Source: Felis catus
Lineage: Eukaryota
NCBI RefSeq assembly: GCF_018350175.1
Contig: NC_058368.1
Span: forward strand, 18,352,001 to 18,416,000
Direction: 5' to 3'
Length of the DNA stretch: 64,000 bases
This document shows positions 23,560-35,965 of the stretch, piece after piece. Each line of letters opens with the position of its first letter. Position 1 is the stretch's first letter. The position numbers and the translations under genes are program-made. Below the pieces are notes generated by a model, which saw nothing but the letters and a program-made list of their open reading frames with translations, ran no database searches and had not been told where the DNA came from.

Positions 23560-24620
23560 GGGGAAAAAATGAAGCATCCTCTAACTCTGTTTTCCCTTCC
23601 TTCTTCTGGCTACTTCTCTTTCCTCTTTTCTCAACAAAATATCTCAAAGAGGCAACGTTCTCTGTCTCTTCTTCCTCATCTCACACCCCTTTCTCCCCTT
23701 CTTTCCCTCCTATTTACCCATCGGTCAGCCCTTCTCTGTCCTGCTTTGGTGGGCTTCCGTGTGGCGCTCAAGAGAGTCCATCTCCCCTTTCTTTCTCATG
23801 CTCTCTGCTCTCCTAATGTCCATCACACTGCCTTTTGTTTCTCTGGCAACCACTCTGATCAGTTCTTTCTTGGCTTTATAGGCTGCTCTTCCAATCACGC
23901 TCCTTAAATAGTGGTATTTCCCCGGATTTTGTCCTTGGCCCTCTTCTTTTCTCATCCTGCACTGTTTTCCTGGGCAATCTCATCTGCTCTCATGGTTCTA
24001 TAACCACTATTATATTGGCTGGCTACATGCAAATCTGTATTTCTAGCTGGGGCCTTCCCATAAGCTTCCCTGTTAAGTAAACAATAGTCTACTGGACCTC
24101 TCCAAGGTTATCTGCAGATTCCTCCCACTCGGCTCTTCTGAATGACCTTATCTTTGTTGTTCCTACACAAGCTTCTTTTTTATGTTCCCCCTCTCAGTGG
24201 ATGAATCACTCTTCATCCAGTCTCCCAGGTTGGAAGAACCGAGAACATCCTCAGCTCTTTCTTCTTTTTTTACCAACTCCCATCATGTTTACCACCTCAA
24301 GTTCTCAAATATGCCTCTTCCTTTGAATCCCTACTGTGATGCCCCTGGATTAGGTAAGTGCTTCTCATCTCTCACCTGAACTACTGTAATGTCACTAACA
24401 GATCTTCCTGCCCCTGGTCTTGTCCTCCTCAAATCAGTTGATGACAGATAGCCCTGAAGAATCCATCTAAATTGCAAACCTGCTCATGTTATTCCAAGCT
24501 GAAAACCCTCTAAAAAGTCCCATTGACCTGTAGAATAAAAAATCAATAGTAAGATTTTTTTTTAATCAACACCTATGTCCCTGGCCTCATTGCCTACCAT
24601 GTCTTATGTTCCATTGCATT
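23560..24620 (+). mobile_element. Long diverged L2 fragment
   Basis: About 1 kb of pyrimidine-rich sequence with L2 motifs (CTGGGCAATCTCATC, CAAATCTGTATTTCTAGC, CACCTGAACTACTGTAAT, GTAGAATAAAA). Confidence 0.75.
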
Positions 24621-24669
24621 TCCAATAACTTTAAACCACTGGTGGTCGCCATCGTCACGATCATTGTTG

Positions 24670-24890
24670 TTATTATTCAGTGAGTGTTCACCGTGCCCTG
24701 GACACCATGCTGATCTCTCCATATGTGGTGTATCGTGTATTCCTCACAATAACCCTATCTGGTAGATACTATCCTTTTTCTCACTTATACACAAAGAAAC
24801 TGAGTCAGAGAGAGGATACGTAACTTGCCAAAACTTGCAAAGCTTGCAGGGGACAGAGATAGAATTTCAACCCAGGTACTTGGACTCTAG
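24670..24890 (-). mobile_element. MIR
   Basis: CCTCACAATAACCCTAT...AAGAAACTGAGTCAGAGAG...TAACTTGCC. Confidence 0.8.
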
Positions 24891-24899
24891 AACTCACTC

Positions 24900-25210
24900 T
24901 TAATTTTGTCACCCATTTTGTGGCTTTGCTTATGTTCTCCCTTCTGCCTGGAATGCTCTCTCCTTCCCTTCTTTGTTCTTGCCTGCCACCTTCCGCTTAC
25001 CTGCAGACTTGGCTTAGACCAGAGCAGCTCCAAATAACCTTCCCTGAACCCTGGGGCTGGTGCCTGAGGAGCCTGAGATTCCGGGCTACGTGCTTCCTCC
25101 CACACCCCCTTCGTGCAACCAGCAATCCCTGCACTGACACATTTTCCTGTAAGTATCTCTTAATCATGTGTCTCCAGTGCCTACCATGGTGCTCGACATG
25201 TACAAATTGC
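24900..25210 (+). mobile_element. L2 3' fragment
   Basis: GCTTTGCTTATGTTCTCCCTTCTGCCTGGAATGCTCT; CCAGTGCCTACCATGGTGCTCGACATGTA. Confidence 0.65.
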
Positions 25211-25519
25211 TCGGTACCTTTGAAGGTGTAAGTGGTAAAAATAAAGTGACATATTCAAGTGGCAGGGAGATGATGACTAATCCATTTCAGAGATCTGTGA
25301 TTGGAAGGATTCTTCTCTGCGGCCAAGGGCACTGCCGTCCTGAACCATTCACGGTCCTGCACCATGACTACACCTTCCCTAACTGGCCTAAACCTCTGTC
25401 CTGCAGGTAACTGTTGGAAGACCAAGTCAAAAGCCAAGGATAAAAGCCCCATGGCCAGTGAAGAGGCTCAATATATTTGCATACTTTACATAACGTGCCT
25501 CATTTTGCGCTAGAGTACA

Positions 25520-25990
25520 TTCCCTAGCCTTCACGCAGGCCCTTCATGTTGCTCTCCCTCCGTAGCTTTACATCCAGCCACTCGCCCCTTAGGACTCCAC
25601 TTGGCAACAGTCGCCCTGCCTCTGGCCTTTGGGCCTCCATGTTCTGGCTCCTGCCTGCAGGCCTTCCGTCTCCACCTTCGCAATTCCTGCCAATGCTTCC
25701 AAAGCAGCTCTGATGGCATTTCTTGTCTACAGCCTTCTCTGTCCCTGCCCCTAGCCTGACACGACCTTCCAATGGTTACTGCCTACAGAAACCATTTGGA
25801 AAGTAATCACACACCAGTATTAATGCTCTCCTGTCATGCAACATCCTTCTTCATGGCCCAGACTGGTCTCTGAATCAGTTGTCTTTTCATTCTTGTTTTT
25901 GTATATTTGTGTCTTCTTTCCCCCAGGGAAAGTGTAAGCCCTTTGAGAGCAGAAACACCTTTCATACATTTCTCCCATGGTGCTGAATAA
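25520..25990 (+). mobile_element. L2 3' fragment
   Basis: GTGTAAGCCCTTTGAGAGCAGAAACAC...CATGGTGCTGAA typical of the L2 3' end. Confidence 0.5.
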
Positions 25991-26959
25991 AGACTGGTGG
26001 CTTCTCTTGTCTTTAAATCCCTGATTTTTCCCAACCTTTTCATGACACTTGTCTCCCTCTCATTCCAGACTCAAAGAGGGGATTTCTTTCAATTTCTCAT
26101 TTACCCTAGATCCAGACTGTCCCCAGTCCACCTGATCCCTTCTCAGCGACATCTGACCGGTCGACTTCTCTGTCTGCAGCTCTGTAGCCCTGGCCCAGCC
26201 CATCTGCCCGATCCCAAGCTGCATAGAGGATCAAAGCGGAACCTTCAAACCCCTCCTCCTCTACCTTCTCCAGTTCTCCAAAATCACCTGGGCCGTGCTG
26301 CGTGGCCACTGGTTAAGCAAGTCCCCAAATCTCACGTTCCTTGCCTACTTTTAATAGCACTGAAAGGGGAGGAGCTAACAGACAACACATTTACAGAACG
26401 CCTATGACTCTGAGATAATCGGAAAACTCCCAGAACAATGTGAGATATAAATAGTAGCTGCCTTTACTAAAGCCCTACTGCAATTTTGAATCTGGAGTCA
26501 AATCGCATGGAACAATTTTGTTCCATGCACCTTTGCAAGAGTGTGATGAAACCAGCTTATTTGTGGCTTAATTTTCCATTCAGTATCCCACTCTGTTTTA
26601 TGATCCATATAACTTTGTGGAGCAATTATGGCTAACGTACAGACTCAGGCAGGTGGCAGAAACCCGTGAGTCGGTAACAAAGGACTGTCACCTGGGTGGG
26701 TCGCCAGCACAGAGGATCAGGGGGGTGTGGGACTCAGATAGGAGGAAAGGGGAGAGGTCATGGATAAGGAGCTGATGACTGAGACCATAGCTGTTGACAA
26801 TAATCATTTGGAAATTCTGATTAGGGTGCGAAGTGGTCATTTTCTGGTCAAAATTTCATATTATTTCATTACGGAAGAAAATCACAGGTACCACAGTCAC
26901 TCCATTACCTCTGCTACAGGTAACGGCCTCGCACAATGTTAAGCTGTGGTAGAGTAGAA

Positions 26960-27380
26960 TAATAATTTTTCTGAGCGCTCACTGGGTGCCTGCGCTGTTT
27001 GTTTTCAGGGCTTTGTAATATAACTCATTTAAACCTCTCAACAACCCCCTGATATGGTCACCATTATCCTCTTCATACAAACGAGGACCTGAGTCTGAGA
27101 GGATTTGAGCGTCTAGCCCAAGGTCACACAAGTCACAGTGCCAGGATTTGGACTCTGGCAGCCGCTGCCAGCCGGCCTGGCTTTTCTCTCTGGTATCTGA
27201 CCACGTGTGTACAGCTTTCCAGGTTCCGCGTACCGTTCTGAGAGCTTTATGTGTGCTAACTGGTAAGCCTCACAACGGCCCTATGAAACGTGAACTATTT
27301 TTGTTCCCAAGACACAGAGGAGGAAGCTGAGGCCCAGACAACTTCTGGGACCTGCCTGAGGCCACGCGGCTGGAGATGGC
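26960..27380 (-). mobile_element. Two tandem MIRs
   Basis: CTCATTTAAACCTCTCAACAACCC...CCCAAGGTCACACA, then CCTCACAACGGCCCTATGA...GAGGAAGCTGAGGCCCAGA. Confidence 0.75.
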
Positions 27381-28329
27381 TCAGATGGAAGGGAAGGCCC
27401 TGTGGTCCCGAGGCCACCCTCTCGAGCACTATGTTGTAGGACCCGACTCACTACTCACAAGCGGCAGAGGAAGGGCCACTGTGCTGAGCGGCCAGGAGAT
27501 AATGGGTCTAAGGCCTTAGTACAGAGTCTGGCACAGGGGGGTGTCCCACCCTATAAACATGCCCCCATGCCTCTTTGAAGACTTCCGCCTCAAGTTGGCT
27601 CTCCCCCTCTTCATGGGTGTGAGGCATCTCGGGGCCCTTCCTCTGCTGCTGTCTTGGGGCAGACCCGGCCGGCACCCTAGCTTCCTGGGGCCGGGTTTTG
27701 TCTCCAGCACTACATGGAAGCTGAGCTAGGATCACATGGCTCCGAGGTGTGATTTTGTTGGAAAGGGACTCAGCAGAGCCGAGGTCCTGGGGTGTCTCCT
27801 GATGCCTTCATCTGCAGCCAGCCGTGCCCATTCTAGCACCTCTCCCATGCTGCTAAAATTGTCTGTGAATCCCTGTCTTCATCCTGGAACCTCTGATCTG
27901 CTCCCTTGTTGGCTTGCTGGCTCTCAGTTAATAACGTAGACTTGATTGGGCAACTTCACAAATAAGGAGAGTCTCCGTTCTGTTTGAAAACTGGGGTGTG
28001 GTGAGGTGGAGGGTAGACCGGGGCTGTGGATGCCCTGTTTCCACAGATTGTCTAGGGAAGCTTAGTGGAAAGAGGTAGTTGGGAGAAGGGTGAACAACGT
28101 TTGGCCTGAAATCTCAAAGTCCCGGGCCCCCTGCTCTTTCAGGACAAATGTCGCAGAATTACCAAATAATAATTCTAAATGGTTTGCATCTGGTAGAAGG
28201 AAAAAAGAAGAGATTAGCATAGTCCTGTGATCAAAGGATGGGGAACATGGTGTTTTCAGATTATGCCATGCCACATAAATTTAGTGGGGGGAAGAACTGA
28301 GGAAGTCAAGTTCAGGACCGGAGGGGGCC

Positions 28330-28530
28330 TTTGGAGTTGGTCACCTGGGTCCTTGCCCCAGCTCCACCACTAACCAGCAGCCCTGAGGCTGTCAGACTAG
28401 AAACGCACATCTCTGCACTTAGCACCCAGCTCCGCCAAATGGGGCAGTGGTAACTCTGCCCTCCCCCCGGGGTGGCCAGAAGAATGACATGCGTGATGAT
28501 CTGTGAGGCACAAAGCACTGGGCCTCACGG
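28330..28530 (+). mobile_element. MIR
   Basis: CTGGGTCCTTGCCCCAGCTCCACCACTAACCAGC...AAATGGGGCAGTG. Confidence 0.6.
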
Positions 28531-28647
28531 TAAGCTGCCAGGAAGGACTGGTGACTGTGGTTACCTGTGAAGGACCTAGCTGGGGCCTGTCCTCCGGTGG
28601 GGAGTAGCAGAAGAGGAATTGCAGAAAGACTCTGGAGGGGACACAGG

Positions 28648-28871
28648 TTTTTTTCTTTTTAATTTTTTTAATGTTGACTTATTTTTGACAGAGAGAGAGA
28701 GAGAGCATGAGCAGGGGAGGGCAGAGACAGAGGGAGACACAGAATCTGAAGTAGGTTCCAGGCCCCGAGCTGTCAGCACAGAGCCCGACGTGGGACTCAA
28801 ACCCACAAACCGTGAGAGCATGACCTGAGCCGAAGTCGGACACTTAACCGACTGAGCCACCCAGGTGCCCC
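28648..28871 (-). mobile_element. Can-SINE (feliform)
   Basis: Ends CTTAACCGACTGAGCCACCCAGGTGCCCC; T-rich tail; degenerate TSD starting TGGAGGGGA. Confidence 0.95.
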
Positions 28872-29208
28872 TGGAGGGGATGCGAGCTTTGCTGGCTCCT
28901 CCCAAAGCCTCTCCCTGGGCTTTTCATATTGCCTGGCTATTCCCCTGATCTTCCCTGTTCACCTGCAGGAACAGTCTATGATTAGAGGGAGTTTGTCATA
29001 CTATTCTTTACCTTTTATGGATGTTTGTCTCATAATAAAATGTCTTTAAAATACTAGGGTTTTGTCATGGGTTGTTTTTTTGTTTGAGATGTATTATCCT
29101 CTTCCTAGAAGGTGTTTTTTTTTTGTTGTTTTTTTTTTTTTGTTTTTACGTATTAAGATTAACAAACTAGAAGTCAAAGCAGAGCAACAGGATCAAGAAG
29201 AAAGTAGA

Positions 29209-29413
29209 GGGGCGCCTGGGTGGCTCCGTTGGTTAAGCATACGACTTCGGCTCAGGTCATGATCTCGCAGTTTGAGCCCCATGTCGGGCTCTGTGCTGAC
29301 AGCTCAGAGCCTGGAGCCTGCTTTGGATCCTGTGTCTCCCTCTCTCTCTCAGCCTCTCCCCCGCTCACTCTCTGTCTCAAAAATAAATTAAAAAAAACAT
29401 TTAAAAAAATTTT
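29209..29413 (+). mobile_element. Can-SINE (feliform)
   Basis: GGGGCGCCTGGGTGGCTC head; perfect TSD AAGAAGAAAGTAGA at 29195-29208 and 29414-29427. Confidence 0.96.
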
Positions 29414-29454
29414 AAGAAGAAAGTAGAAATGGTTAACCCTGCCTTATGTAACGT

Positions 29455-29660
29455 CTTTAGAGCAAGACCAGCCTGGTCCAAATCCCAGCTAGACCATCCA
29501 CGGGTTTGATGTCTTTGGGCAATTTACTGCCTCTTATGTTACTTGTTTCTTCTCTTCATTAAGTGAGACGAGAGGTCCCTGTTGCAGGACCGCAGTGAGG
29601 GTTTAAATGAGATAATACACATCGCCCTCCCTACCAGCCACACGGTAGGCCCCCAACAAA
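29455..29660 (+). mobile_element. MIR
   Basis: CAAATCCCAGCT...TTGGGCAATTTACT...GTGAGGGTTTAAATGAGATAATAC. Confidence 0.7.
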
Positions 29661-31429
29661 CGCTAACCCTTTTCTTTTGGCAATAGTGGCAGGGGGAGGT
29701 GGCCGTAAGTGGAGTGGGGGCTGGGCAAAGCAGGAAGAAACTCCAAGGCTGCAAATCAGAGTTTTGTGGGTTTGGTGAGAGATTGGTCCTGCCTTCTCTG
29801 CTGAAAAGGGCTCAGAGCAAAATTGTGAGGTAGGTGTCAGTAAGAGGCCGGACTGCTTTTCTTCTGTGGACGGTGGCCTCAGGCCCTCCCTAACAGGACG
29901 ACCCCTGAGCGAGTGACTCATTCATTCACGGGGATAGACAAATGTCAGCCTTTAAATATGACTTCTGAGAAAATTTGCACTTTAACTACTGAGAAGCCTT
30001 AAATCAAAAGAACAAAATGCCAATGGTGGCAGGTCAGCAGGCAACACGGAGGAGAGATTTTGTTTTGGTTTCTGATTTTTAGGGGGGTGGCGTGAGTAGA
30101 GGAAAGGCCTTTCCGGTGTCCCTGAATCACAACACAGAATGCCAGTCTCCAGTTTCTTCCAGCAAAGTCTACGGGGCGAGTGAAGGGGAAACGGTAAATT
30201 CTCTCTCAGCACTGCTCGCTCTCAGGGGTGGACTCTGGGGACCACAGGGGATACTGAACTGTCACGGCCCAGCAGGAAACAGAGCAGGAGCCAAATCTAC
30301 AAGCACTGTGTACAGAAGGACAGTGGCACCAGAGACCTGAAGACAGAGGACAAAGGGAAACAGTCTAAACGTGACGGTAACATAGGAGCTTCGACAACAT
30401 TAAAGAGGAAGGTACTAATATCTCTCTTGTACACACGGTAACCAAGGCTCAGTGTAGGCCAGGTCAGGTGCCCCACACCATGCAGCTAAGCATCGGCGGG
30501 GCTGGGTTTCGAACCTAAGTCTACCCGGGACTAAAGCGCCACACTCGGCAACGTATCTGGAAGCTCAGGGCACAACCGGGAGTCTCCCTCCGTCTCCATG
30601 ACGACCGGATCAACCTAGGAGAACACAATGAGTGGTGCATGTGTCCTGTGTGGCCACCTGCCCCTGTGAGTGCAGGCCGCCCACGGAGCAGGCTTGTTCT
30701 GGCTCTGTGCTCTTCCTGGTCCCTGTGTCTGGGGACGCAGAGGGCAGGGACCAGCACCGTTACTCTTGCTGCCATCCTTCCTTCAGAAAGCCGTTTTCAA
30801 ACAATTGACTCTGACCGCCTCGCCGGACCCGTCTCCCTGGGAGGCCACGTTCTGGTATATTCTGGCCTACCGCCGGCAGCCGGCCCGGCCTCGCCAGCCG
30901 TCTGCAGGAAGGCCCATGTTTCACGTCCTTCCTGCCGGCTCTCCCCGCCTCCCTCCTCCCGGCGCTGTGGGGCCCACCATCACGCCTGCTGTGCCTGCTG
31001 GCCCATTGTCTGCCTCCCTCCCCAGAGCCTGGTTTTTCTCTCTAGGTAAGAACACAGAAGGTAGCTTCCTACAGACGCGTGTAGGCCACTGTTCTTGGGC
31101 AACTGGAGGAGGAGGCGGAGGAGGAGAAAGGTACACACAGGCCAAGCAGCCCAACACACGCCTTGGGAAATGCCCCAGTGAGCAACTCTTTCTTTTTAGG
31201 GTTGTCGGCTGGGGCTTTGGAATAAATATCTCACTAACAGTCTGAATCAACAAGTGATGAGAATGGGAGGAAGGAGCCACGTCCCCATCTCCGAGCTCTG
31301 GGTGCCTGCAGTTACCAGCTGTGGGGAAGCCTGATAGGAGAGGGGAGGGTCGGGCTGGAGGGGCAAGCCCCCGGGAGGCAGGTTAGGAGGCAGAAGAGGC
31401 ATCTAAGTTTTATTTTTCTCCCCATGGGA

Positions 31430-32157
31430 AATGGTAGCAGCTTCAGAAGCTTGGGAGTTTCCAGGCTCATCACAAGATAGCGGCCCCTGGGATCACATCT
31501 GGGTTTAGGTTAATGGGGTGACTCGGGGGTCCACTAGGTCAGTTCAGAAAGGAGGCCGGCCATGCCCAAAAGATCAATCACGTGACTAGAGGTTGGAGCT
31601 TTGAGCCCTGAGATATCAACACGCTGGCCTCCAAGGAGGGGAGGGAGGCTGCCGATTGAATTCAAACAAGTGGCCAGTGACTCAATCGTAACTACATAGT
31701 AACCCCCCAAGGAAAACTCTGGACGCAGAGGCTCAGGTGTGCTTCCAGCTGGAGCGCACATCAGTGTGCCGGGAGGGCGATACATCCTGAATCTAGGAGG
31801 AAAGGACGTGGCTGCTCTGTATTTGAGATCCTTCCAGACCTTGCCCGGTGGGGTCTTTTCTCTCGGCTGGTCCTGATTTGCAGCCTTTATAATACTACTA
31901 CAAGTGCCTTCCTGAGGTCTTTGAGTCATTCTAATGAACCATCAACCTACGGGGGGAAAGAATTTATGAGGTTCTAATGAACCATCAACCATCAGATCTA
32001 CGGGGGTTGTGGACAGCCCCAAGTTTGTAGCCATTTGTTCACAAGTAGGGGTGGCTGTGGCTGGTGAACAAAAATGGAGTCTTTGGAGGACACATGCCCT
32101 TGACCTGTGAAGTCCGGGCTACCTCTGAGTAGCCTGTGTCAGAATTGCTTTACAGCA
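31430..32157 (+). mobile_element. Solo LTR, MER21 family (MER21C-like)
   Basis: MER21 motifs AAAGATCAATCACGTGACTAGAGGTTGGAGCTTTGAGCC, GTGGCCAGTGACTCAATC, CCTTTATAAT and GTGTCAGAATTG. Confidence 0.8.
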
Positions 32158-33269
32158 TGTTCTTGACAAATAGATGAGTCTCCTACAGTCCAGGGAGGGA
32201 GGTCAAGGCAAACTGTCTTTCACCTCCTTGCGCTACACCCTCCGGGAGGAAGCCAAGTGGCGTTCGTGTCAGCTGTCTCTTTGGGCAAAGCAGTGACTGA
32301 AGTTCCGGTTCTGGGGCGCATTCTCACATGAAAGTTGGGGGTATGTTTACATGGTGCCCCTGAATTGACATTTTTGGAGTCACATCAGCTATTTTGGCTG
32401 ATACAACATGCTAGTGCTGAGGAGTGAATTGATTACTGAATAATCAAACTCATTTGGTGTTTTTAAAAAGGAGATAATTTCACATAGTTCAGACACAGCC
32501 CAATTATTTTGTTGTTAAGAAAAATGAATTGGCTTGGCCCTTTGCAATTCAATCGGTTGCTTGGCAATCAACTTGCCAATAGTTTTTGCCTCCCCATTTT
32601 TCTCTCTGATTTTAATTGTGGCATTGGAATAAAAGGATAGTCCACCCATCTGCTGCCTTGGATTTTGATGCTTAATTTAAAAAGTCAATCCTTAGCCTGC
32701 TTTTTTATTTTTTTTAATCCCCAGATGAAAAGAATCCAACTATCATTTCACGTTCCTCGCAAATTCTTTCCTATTCCCTTGCATCCCCCAATCTTCTCTA
32801 GTATCTTTTTCTTTTCCTTTCTTCTTTTATCAAAAAAACGTGAAAACAAAACTAAATGTAATAAGGAGTTAGCCAATGCTGAGAAGAATACAAGAGATTC
32901 TATTGGCTCCTATATTTCATATTCTAACTCAACATTATTGACATATTCAGTGATGCTTGTGTTCCACCGTGACCTCCAGATCTTTGTATCTCATGCTTGC
33001 TTGGATTTCCAAGCCTCTCTTCTCCCCATCTCTCCCCTTGCCTGCCATTTTTGCATCTGTGTGCAATTCAATTTATCCCTAAATTTAGTGTTTGGTTCCA
33101 TCAACATTATATTTTACCCTGTGTATAGTTTATCAAGGCCACTTCAAACTTCTCTCCATATTTTAAGGGCCTAGTAACAATACTCGAGTTTATGGAATTT
33201 GCCGGAGATTGGAACTGTTGCTTTTCCCTTTATTTGGGAGACCTTCATCTGCTTGTAGTAAAACATGGT

Positions 33270-33905
33270 TAGATCACATCCACAGCCTTTTCTAAGAGAT
33301 ACTGTCCTCTCCAACCCCGCTGAAATGGCAGCTCTATATATGTCCCCATTACCCCGTCCTCATCTGACTGGACTGGAAGTAGATACTTGTCTCAAGGGCT
33401 GCCTATCCAGGCTTATTACGTGACCTATTGTAAAGAGCTGAGTTCACACAGGGATCCACTGGGACAATCAGATCTTCACTCACAGGACTTTGAATTGGGA
33501 GGCACACAGAGACACAGGCTGTTTGCCATGGGGGCTGAGCCACACCAAGTAAGGATACGAGGAGCCTTGAGCCAGCTGAAGTTAAGAACAAGCCAAAATT
33601 GTGAGGAAGTAAAAACTATGATTAAACAGAAGATACAACGTAGAAGGGTCTTATTGAGTCAAGGGTGCTGGGAGGAAAGCTAAAGTATGCAGAGACAGAG
33701 CAACAGAAACCTAAGAGCTGGCCACACTGCTTTAGTGGAAGGGCATGAAGATCCACCATCCCCAAGTGCTAAGGCCCCAAGAGCTATCTTGCCTCCAGCC
33801 CTAACCTCTGCATAGACTAACCATCCTGTGGGTTCTTACGAGAGAACTTCTTCATTTCCCCTTGTTTCTTGCAGTTCGGTGGGCTTCTCTCTTTACATGA
33901 CCAGC
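33270..33905 (+). mobile_element. Old ERVL-type LTR remnant (LTR33-like)
   Basis: AATCAGATCTTCACTCACAGGACTTTGAATTGGGAGGCACACAGAGAC plus an LTR33-like 3' end; heavily diverged. Confidence 0.45.
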
Positions 33906-35223
33906 TATCACGGTGGCTCCTTGTAACTCAAGGTGCCCTCGTCCGCTGCTCCCACCCGTGCTTAGGCAGTAGAGAAACTGACAAGGAGCATTGTCAGAGG
34001 GTCATATTACTAAACTATCGCTGTAGTTCAACCTCAGTGCTCACTTCTCCCCACTATGCCCCTTCAACATGGGCCGGCTTCTTAGTCAAGAAGCTCCTCT
34101 CCCAAGACTGGCTGGCCAACAAGAATGCCTGAAGAATTCAAGGCAGAAACAAATAAAGACACATAGATCTTGGGACTTGTAATCCTTTGTCTCTGTGGAC
34201 GGGCAGGATTGATCTAGCTGCCTCTGTTCATTGACTTCCAAGAGATCTTTTTGCTCGACATGAAATCCACCCTTTGCTCTGTGACTCCTGGTTTCTAAAT
34301 GATTGCTGAACACGAAGTAGGAGACATACTCTCCAATTCTGAGACAAAGTGATGCCAGAAAACTCTGAGTGACACAGTATGCCTCCTATTACTCCTCAGC
34401 CTCCGGTTTTCCTGCAAAACTGCAAGGCTTTGGGTGAGGAGAAGGTGAATATTTATGAACTTTGCACCACCCTGGGCATCTTCAGGACAAGAGAGGCCGA
34501 TATTTCACCTCCAGAGGGTCAAGAACAAAGAGCACCTGAACAAAGTGCAGATGTATGTATGTATCCATAGTGGGACTGGGAGGCAGCCCCACAGTCACTG
34601 GGTTATTCTCATTGCTTCCACGCAGGACCGCCCCAAGTCCTCCACCACAGGGGGTTTGTCCAATGCCTAAATATAGGAAGGGATTTAGCTCCCCACCTTT
34701 GTATCAGGCTGGTGAATAACTGCCCAAGGGTACATCAAGCTAATTTGTAGTGTTCTTAGAGCTAATGCCTTAGTAGCAAGTATAATTTAGTCGCTGGGAG
34801 TTGGTCATCCTGGACCATTTGACCCCACAATTCCATGGCTTGACCACACCCCCCAACACATACACCATGGCTGATTCTGGGAGAACAGTATCATTTCCAT
34901 CTCTTTTACTGGTGGAAGTGGTTATGCAGTTGTCCAAGTCAAGATGACTCCCTACCACCCATAAAGGCCAACTCTGGTCCAGAAGGAGTGGGTTATTCGG
35001 TCAGCCCAGCACAGCGAGGTGACAGCTGTGCCCCTGAATCATCACCAAGCACATCAAGGACTCCACTCTACAACTCTCTGCGGGCCTGACTCATGTGGCA
35101 GCTTCCCCAGAGAACGCCCACGGTTCCAGGTACTGCTCCCAAGCTGGTGGCCGCCTCCATGTAAACACATAAACAAAGCCCGTCGTTAGGCTTGCGGAGC
35201 TCTACTTAAAGATACGGGGCCTT

Positions 35224-35428
35224 GGCGATGCCTGGGTAGCTCAGTTGGTTAAGCATCTGACTCTTGATTTCAGCTCAGATTCTCATAGTTCATGAGTTCA
35301 AGCCCCACATCAAGCTCTGTGTGACAGTGTAGGCCTTGCCTCTCTCTCTCTGCCTTTCCCCTGCTTGTGTGCTCTCTCTCTCTCTCTCTCTCTTCTTCTC
35401 TCAAAATGAAAAAAAACATTAAAAAAAG
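35224..35428 (+). mobile_element. Can-SINE, diverged
   Basis: GCCTGGGTAGCTCAGTTGGTTAAGCATCTGACTCTTGATTTCAGCTCAG, CT tract, A tail; degenerate TSD ending GGGCCT. Confidence 0.9.
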
Positions 35429-35529
35429 TTACAGGGCCTATACACACCTCTCTCCTCCGGGTTTCTGGTTTCTGCTGTGACGATGTGGTGTAGTGAACCG
35501 ACCTAGGATTCATTTCACAGAAAACTGGG

Positions 35530-35720
35530 GCCAGTCTTAGAAAATGCAGTGCCTGATGTGAGAGAAAAGGGGGAGGAGGCAAAACAGCATTCTCCACCCC
35601 TGACCCGGGGTTCCTGGCCCCAGAGATTCTGTTTCAGGGGGTCTGATAGTGTCCTGTGCTACTGTAGTTTTTAAAAGACATGTCAGATGATTCTGACAGG
35701 TATGGCAACCATTCTTGAGG
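35530..35720. mobile_element. MER5-family MITE remnant
   Basis: CCCCAGAGATTCTG...GTTTTTAAAAG...AGATGATTCTGA. Confidence 0.55.
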
Positions 35721-35733
35721 ATGCATGCACTCC

Positions 35734-35797
35734 TACGCACATGCACACACACACACACACGCACGCACACGCATGCACACACACACATGTATACATA
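35734..35797. repeat. Interrupted (CA)n tract
   Basis: Read directly from the sequence. Confidence 0.9.
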
Positions 35798-35799
35798 AA

Positions 35800-35965
35800 T
35801 ATTCTGGGCTGGAAAGGGTCTTGTCTTGGAAATCAGGAGATCTGACATTAGCTAATGAAATGATCCTAGGTAAATCATCTCTCTTCCCCAAGCCTCATCT
35901 GGAATATAAAGATTTGGGATTAATCTCTCTCCCAAGATCTTTCCAACTCCAAAAAACATTGATGC
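35800..35965 (+). mobile_element. MIR (MIR3/MIRc-like)
   Basis: TGATCCTAGGTAAATCATCTCTCTTCCCCAAGCCTCATCTGGAA...AAGATCTTTCCAACTC. Confidence 0.55.

Noticed and set aside
25969-25987. REST/RE1 site (TTCAGCACCATGG on the - strand) in an L2 end
   Set aside because: Only the left half matches; the GGACAG half is absent or mis-spaced.
25377-26925. Other AG|GTA junctions (25406 and 26919; also 36418, 48251, 52681, 61473)
   Set aside because: Weaker donors or pyrimidine tracts. Similar matches occur on the - strand, so they are treated as background.
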